A stretch of DNA of 64,000 bases, from NCBI RefSeq assembly GCF_057098645.1, contig NZ_CM169472.1; one strand, written 5' to 3'. Below, one piece after another: positions 12,492 through 24,100 of this stretch. The notes under the pieces were generated by a model. That model ran no database searches. It saw only the letters and a list, made by a program, of their open reading frames with translations, and was not told the origin of the DNA. The translations under genes were made by a program, and so were the position numbers. The first letter of the stretch is position 1. Each line of letters opens with the position of its first letter.

Positions 12492-13112
12492 TCAGATGGA
12501 CAAATTATTAATTTTCATCTGCATCATTTCGCTCAGTGCCGGAGTAACATCGCTTTTCACGCCTGCTTCCCATGCACTACGCGCACCTTGCTTATCACCT
12601 TTGCTCAGCAATGCTTCACCACGCAGGTCGGCAACAATGGCAGCCCACCCTTCACCTTTGATGGTATCAAGGGTTTTCAGCGCGGCATCAGCCTGCTTGA
12701 GCTGTACCTGAACGCGAGCAAGACGCAGATTTATCACGGCTTTGAGATTTTCATCGCTCGTGTCTGCCAGCCCCTGTTGTAACTGGGCGGCAGCTTTCTC
12801 TAGTTCATTTTTGTCAACAAATTGCTGCGCAAGTTCCAAAGAAGCCAGCGCACCATAAGTATTTTTATTTTCAGCAGCAAATTTTTCCGCCGCCGGGATG
12901 CTATCCGGTTTGCCTTCGCTCACTGCGGTAACCGCATTTTGATAGGCAAGAGAAGCGGAGCGTGCAGAATCAACCTGATGGCTGTTCCAGTAGCGCCAGC
13001 CAATCAGTGCGCCAACGCCCAAAATCACCCCAACAGCCAGTGCTTTGCCATTTTCAGCAAAAAAGCGTTTAACCGCTTCTACCTGGTCGTTTTCGTTCTC
13101 GTAAATTTCCAC
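12492..13112 (-). CDS. yfgM: YfgM, membrane-anchored TPR-like protein (ancillary SecYEG factor)
   Basis: 206-aa ORF, conserved position between bamB and hisS. Confidence 0.9.
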   Translation of the reverse strand: MEIYENENDQVEAVKRFFAENGKALAVGVILGVGALIGWRYWNSHQVDSARSASLAYQNAVTAVSEGKPDSIPAAEKFAAENKNTYGALASLELAQQFVDKNELEKAAAQLQQGLADTSDENLKAVINLRLARVQVQLKQADAALKTLDTIKGEGWAAIVADLRGEALLSKGDKQGARSAWEAGVKSDVTPALSEMMQMKINNLSI

Positions 13113-13129
13113 GCTGTCCTTCTCCTTCC

Positions 13130-14404
13130 TTAACCCAGTAACGTGCGCAAATGCGCGGCTACGCTATCCTGCGCAACTGCCGTTTGCTCACCAGAGCGCA
13201 AATCCTTCACTACTGCTGTGCCGTTAGCCACTTCAGACTCACCCAGCACCACAGCAACGCGGGCACCCCATTTATCAGCACGGGCAAACTGTTTCTTAAA
13301 GTTGCCGCCGCCGTGGTTGGTCATCAATTTCACGCCCGGTAATTCATCACGCAGACGCTCAGCTAATGCCATAGCCGCAGATTGTGTATCAGCACCTGAA
13401 GCCACCAGGTATATATCGACAACAGGATCGGCTTTAAATTCCGGATTAACGGCCTGTACTAACAATACAAGACGTTCGAGGCCCATCGCAAAACCGACAG
13501 CCGGTGTTGCACGACCGCCCAGTTGTTCCACAAGACCGTCATAACGACCGCCTGCACACACGGTGCCCTGGGAGCCGAGACTGTTAGTCACCCACTCGAA
13601 AACGGTACGGTTATAGTAATCCAGACCACGCACCAGACGCTGGTTTACGGTGTAAGCGATCCCCGCGCTCTCCAGCAGTTTGCACAGACCGGCAAAATGC
13701 TCACGAGATTCCTCGTCCAGATAATCACCTAATGCCGGAGCGTCGTTGAGAAGCGCCTGCACTTCCGGATTTTTTGAATCCAGCACGCGCAGCGGGTTAG
13801 TGTACATGCGGCGTTTGCAGTCTTCGTCCAGCTTTTCTTTATGCTGCTCAAGGAATGCCACCAGCGCATCGCGGTAATTGGCGCGTGCTTCCAGCGAACC
13901 GATAGAATTCAGCTCAAGAGTTACGTGCTCGGAAATACCCAGCGCGCGCCACCAGCGGGCGGTGAGCATAATCAGTTCAGCGTCGATATCCGGACCTTGC
14001 AGACCGAAAACTTCGCAGCCCAACTGATGGAACTGACGATAACGCCCTTTCTGCGGACGCTCGTGACGGAACATCGGCCCGATATACCACAGACGCTGTT
14101 CCTGATTGTACAGAAGACCATGCTCGATGCCGGCGCGTACACAGCCCGCCGTCCCTTCAGGGCGCAGAGTCAGGCTGTCGCCATTGCGATCCTCAAAGGT
14201 GTACATCTCTTTTTCAACCACGTCGGTGACTTCACCAATCGCACGTTTGAATAGCGGGGTCTGCTCTACAATCGGCAAGCGGATTTCACTGTAACCGTAG
14301 CTGCCGAGCACGTTTTTCAGTGTGCCTTCAATGCGCTGCCAGATGGCCGTTTCGCCAGGCAGGTAATCGTTCATGCCGCGAATGGCTTGAATGTTTTTTG
14401 CCAC
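13130..14404 (-). CDS. hisS: Histidine--tRNA ligase
   Basis: 424-aa [21 protein letters not shown]..., GTG start. Confidence 0.95.
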
Positions 14405-14419
14405 GTTTATTCTCTTTCT

Positions 14420-14514
14420 GAATATAAAAATGAACCCTCAACGCTTCCCTCAATGTTTCGGGAGCTATGCGGGTTCAATCATACACGGGAAGCGAGGCGC
14501 TTCCCATCACGTTA
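14420..14514 (-). ncRNA. sroE: Candidate SroE-type sRNA derived from the ispG 3' UTR
   Basis: ispG-hisS intergenic region; minus-strand hairpin gggaagcgcctcgcttccc and U-rich stretch; boundaries approximate, assigned from memory of the locus. Confidence 0.3.
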
Positions 14515-15633
14515 TTATTTTTCAACCTGCTGAACGTCAATTCGACGCGCTTCGTCCAGCTGACTGGCTTTCGCACGAATGCGTGCTTCCAGCTGGTCGA
14601 TCATATCGTTGTTGTCCAGACGGTCTTTGCGCACGCCATCTTCATAGAGGCCGCTTTTCTTGTTGCCGCCGGTGACGCCGAGTGTAGAAACCAGCGCCTC
14701 ACCTGGGCCATTCACCACGCAGCCGATAATCGAAACGTCCATCGGAGTGATGATATCTTCCAGGCGTTGCTCCAGCGCGTTAACCGTACCGATAACATCA
14801 AACTCCTGACGCGAACAGGTCGGACAGGCGATGAAGTTGATCCCTCGCGAACGGATACGCAGCGATTTCAAAATATCGAAACCGACTTTGATCTCTTCGA
14901 CCGGATCGGCCGCCAGTGATACGCGCAGCGTGTCGCCGATGCCTTCAGACAGCAGCAGACCTAAACCAATGGCGGATTTTACTGCCCCGCTGCGCGCGCC
15001 ACCCGCTTCGGTGATCCCCAGATGCAGCGGCTGATCGATTTGTTTTGCCAGCAAACGATAAGACTCAACAGCGAGGAAGACGTCAGACGCTTTCACGCTG
15101 ACTTTGAACTGATCGAAGTTCAGGCGATCGAGATGATCAACATGACGCATGGCGGATTCCAGCAACGCCTGCGGCGTCGGTTCGCCATACTTTTCTTGCA
15201 GATCTTTTTCCAGCGATCCGGCGTTAACGCCAATACGGATCGGAATGTTTTTATCGCGCGCACAGTCAACCACCATGCGAATACGCTCTTCATTACCGAT
15301 ATTGCCAGGGTTAATACGCAGACAATCGACGCCGTATTCCGCTACTTTCAGCGCAATGCGATAGTCGAAGTGGATGTCAGCCACCAGCGGCACGTTAACC
15401 TGCTGTTTGATGAGTTTGAACGCTTCTGCCGCGTCCATCGTCGGTACGGAGACACGGACGATATCAGCGCCAACGCGTTCCAGCGCCTTGATTTGATTGA
15501 CCGTTGCTTCGACATCTGTCGTACGCGTATTGGTCATGGACTGTACGGCGATGGGAGCACCATCGCCAATCGGCACATTCCCAACGTAAATACGTGTTGA
15601 TTTTCTACGTTGAATTGGAGCCTGGTTATGCAT
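14515..15633 (-). CDS. ispG: HMBPP synthase IspG (GcpE)
   Basis: 372-aa ORF. Confidence 0.95.
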
Positions 15634-15659
15634 GAAAAATCTCCCGCGTTACCCGTCTG

Positions 15660-16673
15660 TTACTGCGCCGGTGATTGTTCGGCATTGAGGGTCAGACGCG
15701 CAACCTGGTTAGTTCTGATAAAACGACTCAGATCGACAGGTTTCCCTTGATACTGGATCTGTACTGCGGCTGGCGCACCAATTTTCAGTTTGTACGGTGC
15801 CTGGCCGGTTAAGTTCAAATTACCATCTTTACGCTGCATACCGCTAAACAATTTTTTACCGGTAGCATCAGTGACCTCCAGCCAGCAATCGGCAGTAAAG
15901 TTCATCACCAGCGCATTCGGATCAGCAACCGGCGTGGTCACGCCAGCCTGATCGGTTGGCAACGGCGCAGCACCATCTGGCGTTGTTGCTGCCGTTGGTG
16001 CCGGGGTCGCGGCGGTATCAACATTTGCCTGCGAAGGCGAAACAACCGCATTCTGTTGCGGATCAACAGCTGGTGCTGGCGCAGTTACGGCAGGTGTTTG
16101 CGTGTTGGTTGCGGTAGTATCCACAGACGCTGGCGGCGTGGACGTTGTAGCCGGGTCTGTAGTTGTCGACGTATTTAACGGAACACTCTGCCCCTGCTCG
16201 CTATTACTGCTCAGTTCCGCCGAAGATTGATCGGCCATAGTGGTGATCTCTTCCTGCTGAGCTTTGTGGTCTTGCCACCACCAGGCACCGCTCAGGCCGA
16301 TAACCACAAACAACACCAGCCAGGTGAAGGTCATCAGCCAGCCGTCGCGTTTTTTGCGGCGTTTACCGAGAGAAAAACTCTGCATCGGCGCAACTTTTGC
16401 AGCCCGTAGTGGAGCCTGCTTTTCCAGCCCTGGCAGCAGTTCTTCTTCTGGAATATGTACCAGACGCGCATAAGAGCGGATATATCCGCGCAGGAATGTT
16501 GAAGCAAGATCGGCGGGTGCCTTATCTTCTTCAATGTCGCGTACCGTGGAAACCTTCAGGCAAAGTCGCTCGGCAACGGCCTGCTGACTAAGTCCTAGTT
16601 GTTCGCGAGCATTACGCAGGCGAGCGCCGGTAGTAAGTGCTTCATTTTGGTCGTGCGTGGCTTCAGTATTCAT
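15660..16673 (-). CDS. rodZ: Cytoskeleton protein RodZ
   Basis: 337-aa ORF with N-terminal HTH, TM segment and Pro/Thr/Ala-rich linker. Confidence 0.95.
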   Translation of the reverse strand: MNTEATHDQNEALTTGARLRNAREQLGLSQQAVAERLCLKVSTVRDIEEDKAPADLASTFLRGYIRSYARLVHIPEEELLPGLEKQAPLRAAKVAPMQSFSLGKRRKKRDGWLMTFTWLVLFVVIGLSGAWWWQDHKAQQEEITTMADQSSAELSSNSEQGQSVPLNTSTTTDPATTSTPPASVDTTATNTQTPAVTAPAPAVDPQQNAVVSPSQANVDTAATPAPTAATTPDGAAPLPTDQAGVTTPVADPNALVMNFTADCWLEVTDATGKKLFSGMQRKDGNLNLTGQAPYKLKIGAPAAVQIQYQGKPVDLSRFIRTNQVARLTLNAEQSPAQ

Positions 16674-16920
16674 TCGCTGCAGGTACGTTTAAATGAGAAT
16701 TGAGATGCCGGTGAACCATCATGCTCACCCACACCGCGAAACATCCGTTAAGTTAACCGTTATCATACAGTATAAGACCGTCTGTGTGCTCGTGACAAAG
16801 CCCACATTCACTAAGGCTAACTTACTGTTGCATCGTTACATACTGCCTTAAAGTCAGCAAAAACGCACCGTTAATATTGACCAGACAATTGCAACTTAAT
16901 ACTTCATTCATAAAACATTA

Positions 16921-16948
16921 CGCCACGGTACATAAAGTAACCGTGGCG
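16921..16948 (-). terminator. Hairpin downstream of rlmN
   Basis: Perfect 9-bp stem cgccacggt/accgtggcg just 3' of the rlmN stop; weak U tract. Confidence 0.4.
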
Positions 16949-16957
16949 TAATGGCTA

Positions 16958-18112
16958 TCAGACCGCTTTAATGTCGATGGCTTCACCCTGCATCCGTTTA
17001 CGCAGGGTACGTTTCGTACGGTCGATAACATCGCCCGCCAACTGACCACAGGCAGCATCGATATCATCACCACGCGTTTTACGCACAATAGTGGTGAAAC
17101 CGTAGCTCATCAGCACTTTTGAGAAACGGTCGATACGGCTGTTCGAGCTGCGTCCATACGGCGCACCCGGGAACGGGTTCCACGGGATCAGGTTGATCTT
17201 ACACGGCGTATCTTTCAGCAGTTCCGCCAGTTGGTGAGCGTGTTCAGTGCCGTCGTTAACGTGGTCAAGCATCACGTATTCAATAGTGACTCGGCCCTGA
17301 TTGGCGTTGGATTTCTCCAGATAACGGCGCACCGCAGCAAGGAACGTTTCGATATTGTACTTTTTGTTGATCGGCACAATTTCATCACGAATTTCGTCGT
17401 TCGGCGCATGCAGGGAAATTGCCAGCGCAACATCGATCATATCGCCCAGTTTATCCAGCGCTGGAACTACACCGGAAGTGGAAAGCGTCACGCGACGTTT
17501 AGACAGACCAAAACCGAAATCATCAAGCATGATTTCCATCGCCGGAACGACGTTGTTCAGGTTGAGCAGCGGCTCGCCCATGCCCATCATCACTACGTTA
17601 GTGATCGGACGCTGACCGGTGACTTTTGCTGCGCCGACGATTTTCGCCGCACGCCACACCTGGCCGATAATTTCCGATACCCGCAGGTTGCGGTTAAAGC
17701 CCTGCTGTGCGGTGGAACAGAATTTACACTCCAGCGCACACCCCACCTGCGAAGAGACGCAGAGCGTAGCGCGGTCGTCTTCCGGGATGTACACCGTTTC
17801 GACACGCTGGTCACCCACGGCAATCGCCCATTTAATGGTGCCGTCAGATGAACGCTGTTCTTCAACCACTTCCGGTGCGCGGATTTCCGCCACCTCTTTC
17901 AGCTTGCCGCGCAACACTTTGTTGATGTCAGTCATCTCATCAAAATTGTCGCAGCAATAGTGATACATCCACTTCATCACCTGATCGGCGCGGAAGGGTT
18001 TTTCACCTAAATCTTTAAAAAACTCCCGCATCTGCTGACGATTGAGATCCAGCAGGTTGATTTTTCCATCTTTGGTGGTGACGTTTTCAGGTGTGACTAA
18101 TTGTTCAGACAT
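16958..18112 (-). CDS. rlmN: 23S rRNA m2A2503 methyltransferase RlmN (radical SAM)
   Basis: 384-aa ORF with CxxxCxxC motif (CALECKFC). Confidence 0.95.
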
Positions 18113-18261
18113 ATGCTATTCCGGCCTCGTTATTACACGTTATGGCCCCTGGAGGGTTGAAAAAAGAAACGCCCCGGTGAGCGGCTGCTCGTCCGGGGGC
18201 GCTGCATTGTACAAATTCTGGCGCACGGATGCCACGTTTGCACGCGGCATTTACGAAATTA

Positions 18262-18693
18262 TTAACGGGTGCGCGGGCACACTTCGCCTTCGCCGAAGAA
18301 ATAAGCGATTTCGCGAGCGGCAGATTCGACGGAGTCAGAACCGTGGGTACCATTTTCGGTCAGGCTGTCAGCGTAATCAGCGCGCAGAGTACCGGCCAGT
18401 GCGTTTGCCGGATTGGTCGCGCCCAGCAGATCGCGGTGACGCTGAACGGCGTTTTCACCTTCCAGCACGGAAACCACGATCGGGCCAGAGGTCATGAATT
18501 CAACCAGACCATCAAAGAACGGTTTTCCATCGTGTTCAGCATAAAAGCCACGAGCCTGTTCAACGGTCAGGTGCAGCATTTTGGTGCCGACAATTTTGAA
18601 CCCTGCAGCTTCAAAGCGCGCAAAGATATTACCAATGACGTTTTTTGCTACCGCGTTCGGTTTGATAATGGAAAAAGTACGTTCAATAGCCAT
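18262..18693 (-). CDS. ndk: Nucleoside diphosphate kinase
   Basis: 143-aa [18 protein letters not shown]... Confidence 0.97.
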
Positions 18694-18841
18694 TTTTACC
18701 TCTGTAAATTGTTCTGTTGTTGTCTGTACCAGCGTACGAGATGGCGCGGATTATAATGAGCAACAGAGCCGTTGACTATTGATAAAGGTAACATATTTTT
18801 AAAATAAACCTAGTTTAAGCAACAATCAGGGACAAAACAGA

Positions 18842-21154
18842 CTATTGCATGACAAATTTCACTGTCGCTATTTGCCCTACGTCATCCATCACCAGCAATT
18901 GATAATCACCTTTATCCGTCAAATGCAGGGTCACGTTGCGCCCGCGTTCAGTTAACGGTTCGCCATTCAGAAACCACCAGCGTTCACCTGCCCCTCCACT
19001 TGATTGCAACGGCAAAGTCGCTTCCGCTGCGCCCGGTAAACGTTTAATAATCTCGCCATCGCGAACGCCTGTCAGCTGCAGCGGGAGCTGGGCATCGTGA
19101 CCGTATGGCGGGCAAATTGTCGAGGCCGGTGGTAAGCGCACAGCGCGACGTTCTGATGCGGGCAACCAGGGTTCCAGCGGTAGCGGCCAGACGTTTATCA
19201 TTTCTTGTCGCGCTTGCGGGCAATCAGCGGCAACACGTTTGCCATTTTCATCCAGCCAGATGGGGAAACGAATGCCATTAATGCCTTCCTGCTCCGGCAG
19301 TAATAGAGTTGGCGGCTGACTCCCGTCCAGCAGCCAGGTTGCCAGGCGGCGGCGACAGTTACCGTCACCTTCAGGCAAAGACTGTCCGCCCGGCCAGCAG
19401 ATAACGCCACGAGTGACTGAGTTCGGGCGCGGGTCTTCCGGCAGATTAGCACTGCGCGACAGTAAGATATTATTGACCTGATTCAACAATGGTACGGCAC
19501 TGGCAAAGCCAAACTGACCAACAACGGGCGTGCCGTCCGGTCTGCCAGTCCAGATCCCAATGACATAGCGAGCGTTAACCCCAATCGCCCAGGCGTCACG
19601 ATAGCCATAGCTGGTGCCCGTTTTCCATGCCAGTGGGGCGACGCGCGGCAAGGCACCATCCGGCAAGGGTTGCGCTTCATCAGCCATAATCCGGCGAATG
19701 ATCCACGCAGCCCCCGACGACATTAAAGGCCGTTCAAGCAGCGGATCGTCAGGCTGTAAGCGCAATTTGCCTGCCTTGCCGTGGCGAGCAAACGCGGTAT
19801 ACGCTGCCGCCATATCTTCCAGTTTTGCACCAGCACCGCCGAGAATGAGCGAAAGATTGGGCGCAGCGCCGTTGGGCAGATACAACGGCAATCCAACATT
19901 GCGTAATTTTGCCGCAAACCGTTTCGGTCCATAGGCTTCCAGCACCTGCACAGCAGGTAAATTCAGCGAGCGCACCAGCGCCTCGCTCATGCTGATCGGG
20001 CCATGAAAACCGCTATCAAAGTTACCTGGTCGATAATCACCTGTGCGTCGGGGAACGTCTTGCAACAGCGATGCCGGGTGGATCAAGCCTTCATCCAGCG
20101 CCAGACCGTAAACAAACGGTTTGAGCACCGATCCTGGCGATCGGATCGCATTGACCATATCAACATGACCAAAGCGTGAATCATCGTTGAGATCAACCGA
20201 ACCCACCCAGCCGCGAACACGCATATCGGTATGATCAACCACGATCATCGCCAGTGAGCTGCGCGGTGGTAATCGTCCTTTCCAGTTTTGCGCCAGTTCT
20301 TCCAGACGTCGTTGAAGACCGGCATCCAGCGTAGTAACGATTTTGTCGCTTTTGCTTTTACCGAGCATCATGCGCGAAAACAGCGGTGCCAATTGCGGCA
20401 TTTGTCGGGGTGCCAGCCAGATGGGTTCTTCCCTTGACTCTTTTACCTGCTCACGGGACCACACACCTTGCGCAGCCATCCGTTCGAGCACTTTATTACG
20501 CGCGGCTTCGGCACGCTCCGGCCAACGATCCGGGCGCAGTCGGCTGGGCGCTTGCGGTAACACCGCCAGCATTGCCGCCTCGGAATAGCTTAAATTCGCA
20601 GGCGATTTTCCGAGATAAGCCCAACTTGCCGCACCGATCCCCTGCAACGTACCGCCAAACGGAGCGCGGTTAAGATACAAGGTCAGAATTTCACGCTTAG
20701 ACAAATGCCACTCCAGTTGCAACGCGCGCCAGAGCTGGCGAATTTTGCCGCCAAATGTTTTGGGGTGAGGATCAAGCAGACGAGCAACCTGCATAGTGAG
20801 CGTGCTGCCACCGGAAATAACCCGTCCCGAAGTGAAATCTTGCCATGCTGCGCGCGCCACCGAGAATGGATTCACCCCAGGATGCTTCCAGAACCAGCGA
20901 TCTTCATAATTGATCAGCGCTTCAAGGTAACGTGGAGAAACATCTTCGATTGTTACCGGATAACGCCAGATGCCGTCAGCATCGGCGAAGCGCCAGAGCG
21001 GCGTACCATCCTGCGCCACGACCACTCGTGCGGGATTGACTTCATGCAGCGGTAGAGGCCAGAGTTTATCTGCTCCCCACGCTGCAAGAAAAAGGAGAAA
21101 TGGCGCAGCTGCCAGCGTTATCCAGCAGCCGCGTTTGGTTAACAAGCGAGGCAT
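18842..21154 (-). CDS. pbpC: Penicillin-binding protein 1C
   Basis: 770-aa ORF; start codon directly abuts the yfhM stop. Confidence 0.95.
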   Translation of the reverse strand: MPRLLTKRGCWITLAAAPFLLFLAAWGADKLWPLPLHEVNPARVVVAQDGTPLWRFADADGIWRYPVTIEDVSPRYLEALINYEDRWFWKHPGVNPFSVARAAWQDFTSGRVISGGSTLTMQVARLLDPHPKTFGGKIRQLWRALQLEWHLSKREILTLYLNRAPFGGTLQGIGAASWAYLGKSPANLSYSEAAMLAVLPQAPSRLRPDRWPERAEAARNKVLERMAAQGVWSREQVKESREEPIWLAPRQMPQLAPLFSRMMLGKSKSDKIVTTLDAGLQRRLEELAQNWKGRLPPRSSLAMIVVDHTDMRVRGWVGSVDLNDDSRFGHVDMVNAIRSPGSVLKPFVYGLALDEGLIHPASLLQDVPRRTGDYRPGNFDSGFHGPISMSEALVRSLNLPAVQVLEAYGPKRFAAKLRNVGLPLYLPNGAAPNLSLILGGAGAKLEDMAAAYTAFARHGKAGKLRLQPDDPLLERPLMSSGAAWIIRRIMADEAQPLPDGALPRVAPLAWKTGTSYGYRDAWAIGVNARYVIGIWTGRPDGTPVVGQFGFASAVPLLNQVNNILLSRSANLPEDPRPNSVTRGVICWPGGQSLPEGDGNCRRRLATWLLDGSQPPTLLLPEQEGINGIRFPIWLDENGKRVAADCPQARQEMINVWPLPLEPWLPASERRAVRLPPASTICPPYGHDAQLPLQLTGVRDGEIIKRLPGAAEATLPLQSSGGAGERWWFLNGEPLTERGRNVTLHLTDKGDYQLLVMDDVGQIATVKFVMQ

Positions 21155-24100
21155 TTACGGTCTGACAATCAGCAAATCTTCAGCCGCGCCGGTCGCCCGC
21201 CATTGGGGAACATACATTGATTCCACCATCGGTTGCGGTACCTGATACGTTCCCGGCGTCACCGCCCGCGCCAGATACACCAGCGTTACCGGTTGGTATT
21301 CATCAACGGCAACCGCCGCCACAAAGCGATCGTCACGGAACTCAATGTGCTTAATGCTCGCCTGCTGCATCTGGTTCAGTAAGTTCTGCACTTCGCCACC
21401 ACTTTGCTCCAGGCTGGCGCTACCGTTCGCCAGATTCTGGTTTTCCAGTTCCAGACCCGCAGGCAGCAGATCCACGACTAACGCATCCGGCACGCTGTTA
21501 CTGGCTTTTACCTGCAACCAGACCAGCACCAGATCGCCGCTACGTAACGAGTCCAGCGATTTGCTCTTACCATCAGTACCAAGAATATGACGCTCGATTT
21601 GCAGCACATTGTTCACCGGTAAAGGTGCGGATTGCGGATAACCGCTGGCATCCACACGCAACCATAACGGCTGATCGCCACTGTTGCTCACCTGCAAGGT
21701 GGCAAGTTGATCGCTATTCAGATTGCTGTTTTGCGCTTTCTCGCCTGTCAGCGGCTCAGCTGAGAAAGAGGTTTGCGCCTGCCATTTACCCGGTAAATCC
21801 TGAATCGTACGGGCAGCCAGGAACAACGCGTTACTTTCCTGCGTCGATAGCCAGCGTTCACCAAACGCCTGCTGCGAAAGTGTGTTCAGCAAAGTGTACT
21901 GCTCATCGGGTAGCAGTTTATTTTCTTCCAGCAAGGAGAGCATTAACGCGTTGTCGCGCAGTGGACTACCGTAATCACCCAGCCATATCCGCTCATCACT
22001 ATTACGCGGCGTTTTCAGCGCCAGCACAATTGCTTCTTCACCACGCGTCGCATCACCCATGGTTTTCAGCGCAACGCCAAGTTGCAGCAGCGGTAAACCA
22101 GAAGCGGCATCTGCACGATGCTCCCAGATTTCACGCAGCGCACCCAGCGGAGCCTTTTGCTGACGGGCCAGCACCAGCGCAGCGTAAGACTGTACGGCGA
22201 ATTTACTGGCTTTGAGATTATCCGCGTACGGGATCGACATCATGCCTGGATCTTGTAAATAGCGCAGCAGACGCTCATTACCCCGGTTAATGGCGTCTGT
22301 CGGCACGCTGTAACCCTGTTCGCCTGCGCGGACCAGGAAATCCATCACGTAAGCCGTCAGCCAGTACTCTTCGTCACCGTTTTTATCCCACAGCGCAAAG
22401 CCGCCGTTATCACGTTGCATTTGCAGCAAACGGGAAATGCCGATATCGACCGATGCACGGCGTTTCTCATCACTGTCGCCTTTGATGCCCAACGCCTGCA
22501 GTTGGGCTGCGTTGGTATAAAGTGACGGGAACAGGCCGCTGGCGGTTTGCTCAAGACAGCCGTACGGATACGCTTTTAACTCTTTGATATAACGTGCGAT
22601 GTTCAGCGGTGGTTTGCCGCTCAACAACAATTGCCCTTCCAGCGTAACAGGCGAGAAATTTTGCAATCCATCCGCCGGAATCGCCCATGTCTCACCAGGC
22701 TGCAACGCCGTACCGTAATTAACCGTTTGTGCCGGGAACGCCGGACGGACGCCGATTTTCCACTGCTTATGCTGATCGGCAACGGTTTCACCCGGTAACG
22801 CTAACCCGCTAATGGTGGCCTGAATTTCTCCATCGCCATAACCCGGCAATGCTCGCACCGGGATAAACAGCGTAGTACGCACACCTGGCGCTAATTCAAC
22901 GGCTGCGGGTGAATCGCTGACCAGTTCAAGCAAACCACTGGCGGTCAGGGCAACGTTCAGTTTTTGCGGTTTATCGGTAAGATTAGTGATATCCAGCGTC
23001 AGACGCGAGGTATCGCCACTCGCCATAAAGCGCGGCATGTTCAGTTCAGCAATCACCGGTGCGGCAACTATCACTTTGCTTTCGTTGCTACCGAAGTCAT
23101 CTGCCGTCCAGGCTTGCGCCATGACGCGCAATTCACCGTTAAAATCGCCAATCGGCAGTGTAACCGAGCCTTCGCCCTGTTCGTTGAGCGTTACCGGCAG
23201 CGCCTGCTGCGCGACAATATTGACGTGATTGACCGGCGGTTTACCACCACGTTTCAGCTCATCACCATCGCCACCGAAACGCAGAGCTGCCAGACGCCCC
23301 TGACCTTCAATAACCTGACCGTAAATATCGTAAATGTCTGCGCCATAGCGTTTCTGACCAAAGAACGCCTGCCACGGATCTGGCATGACGTAGTCAGTAA
23401 TATTCAGCACACCACTATCAACGGCAGACACCAGCACATTCACCTGTTTAGGCTTCTCGCCATTTTTAGTGCGGGCTTTAATTTTCACGGTTAATGGTTG
23501 ATTGGGACGCATTTTTGCTGGTGTTTCCAGCGCCAGATCGAGGCGACGGTTTTCATCACCAAGCGGCAGATGCAACACACCAACCGCGCGTTTTGGCGTC
23601 GCGGAGCGAGATTTATCGCCAGGACGCACCACCAGCGTACTCAAATAAAGATCATGACGATTCCAGGTTTTATCGACCGGAATCGTCAGATCCAGCCCTT
23701 GAGCCGGAACATCAATCTCTTGCCACCACAGCGGCCCTTCACTGGACTCGACCATCGCATAACCTTTACCCGCCGTTGGCGCGGCAATATGCAACTTAAT
23801 GGTATCGCCAGGGCGATAACTGGCTTTATCTAGTTTCAGCGTGACACGGTCGGGTCGCACGGCACCGCTCCCGTCGCTGTTGTCCTGCCAGCTATAGCCA
23901 GCCCAGAAACGCACACTACTGACCGCTTCATTCGGCGCTTTGACTTCCAGACGATAAGCGCCCCACTCTACCGGGAAACTGACCTTGCCGGTTTCGTCCG
24001 CTTTCAGATCCAGAGTTTGTTCATTTTCAATCAGATCTTTTTGATCAAACTGTGATTGCCAGCCTTCATCTTCTGACCAGTTCCAGTAGTAATCGCGGCG

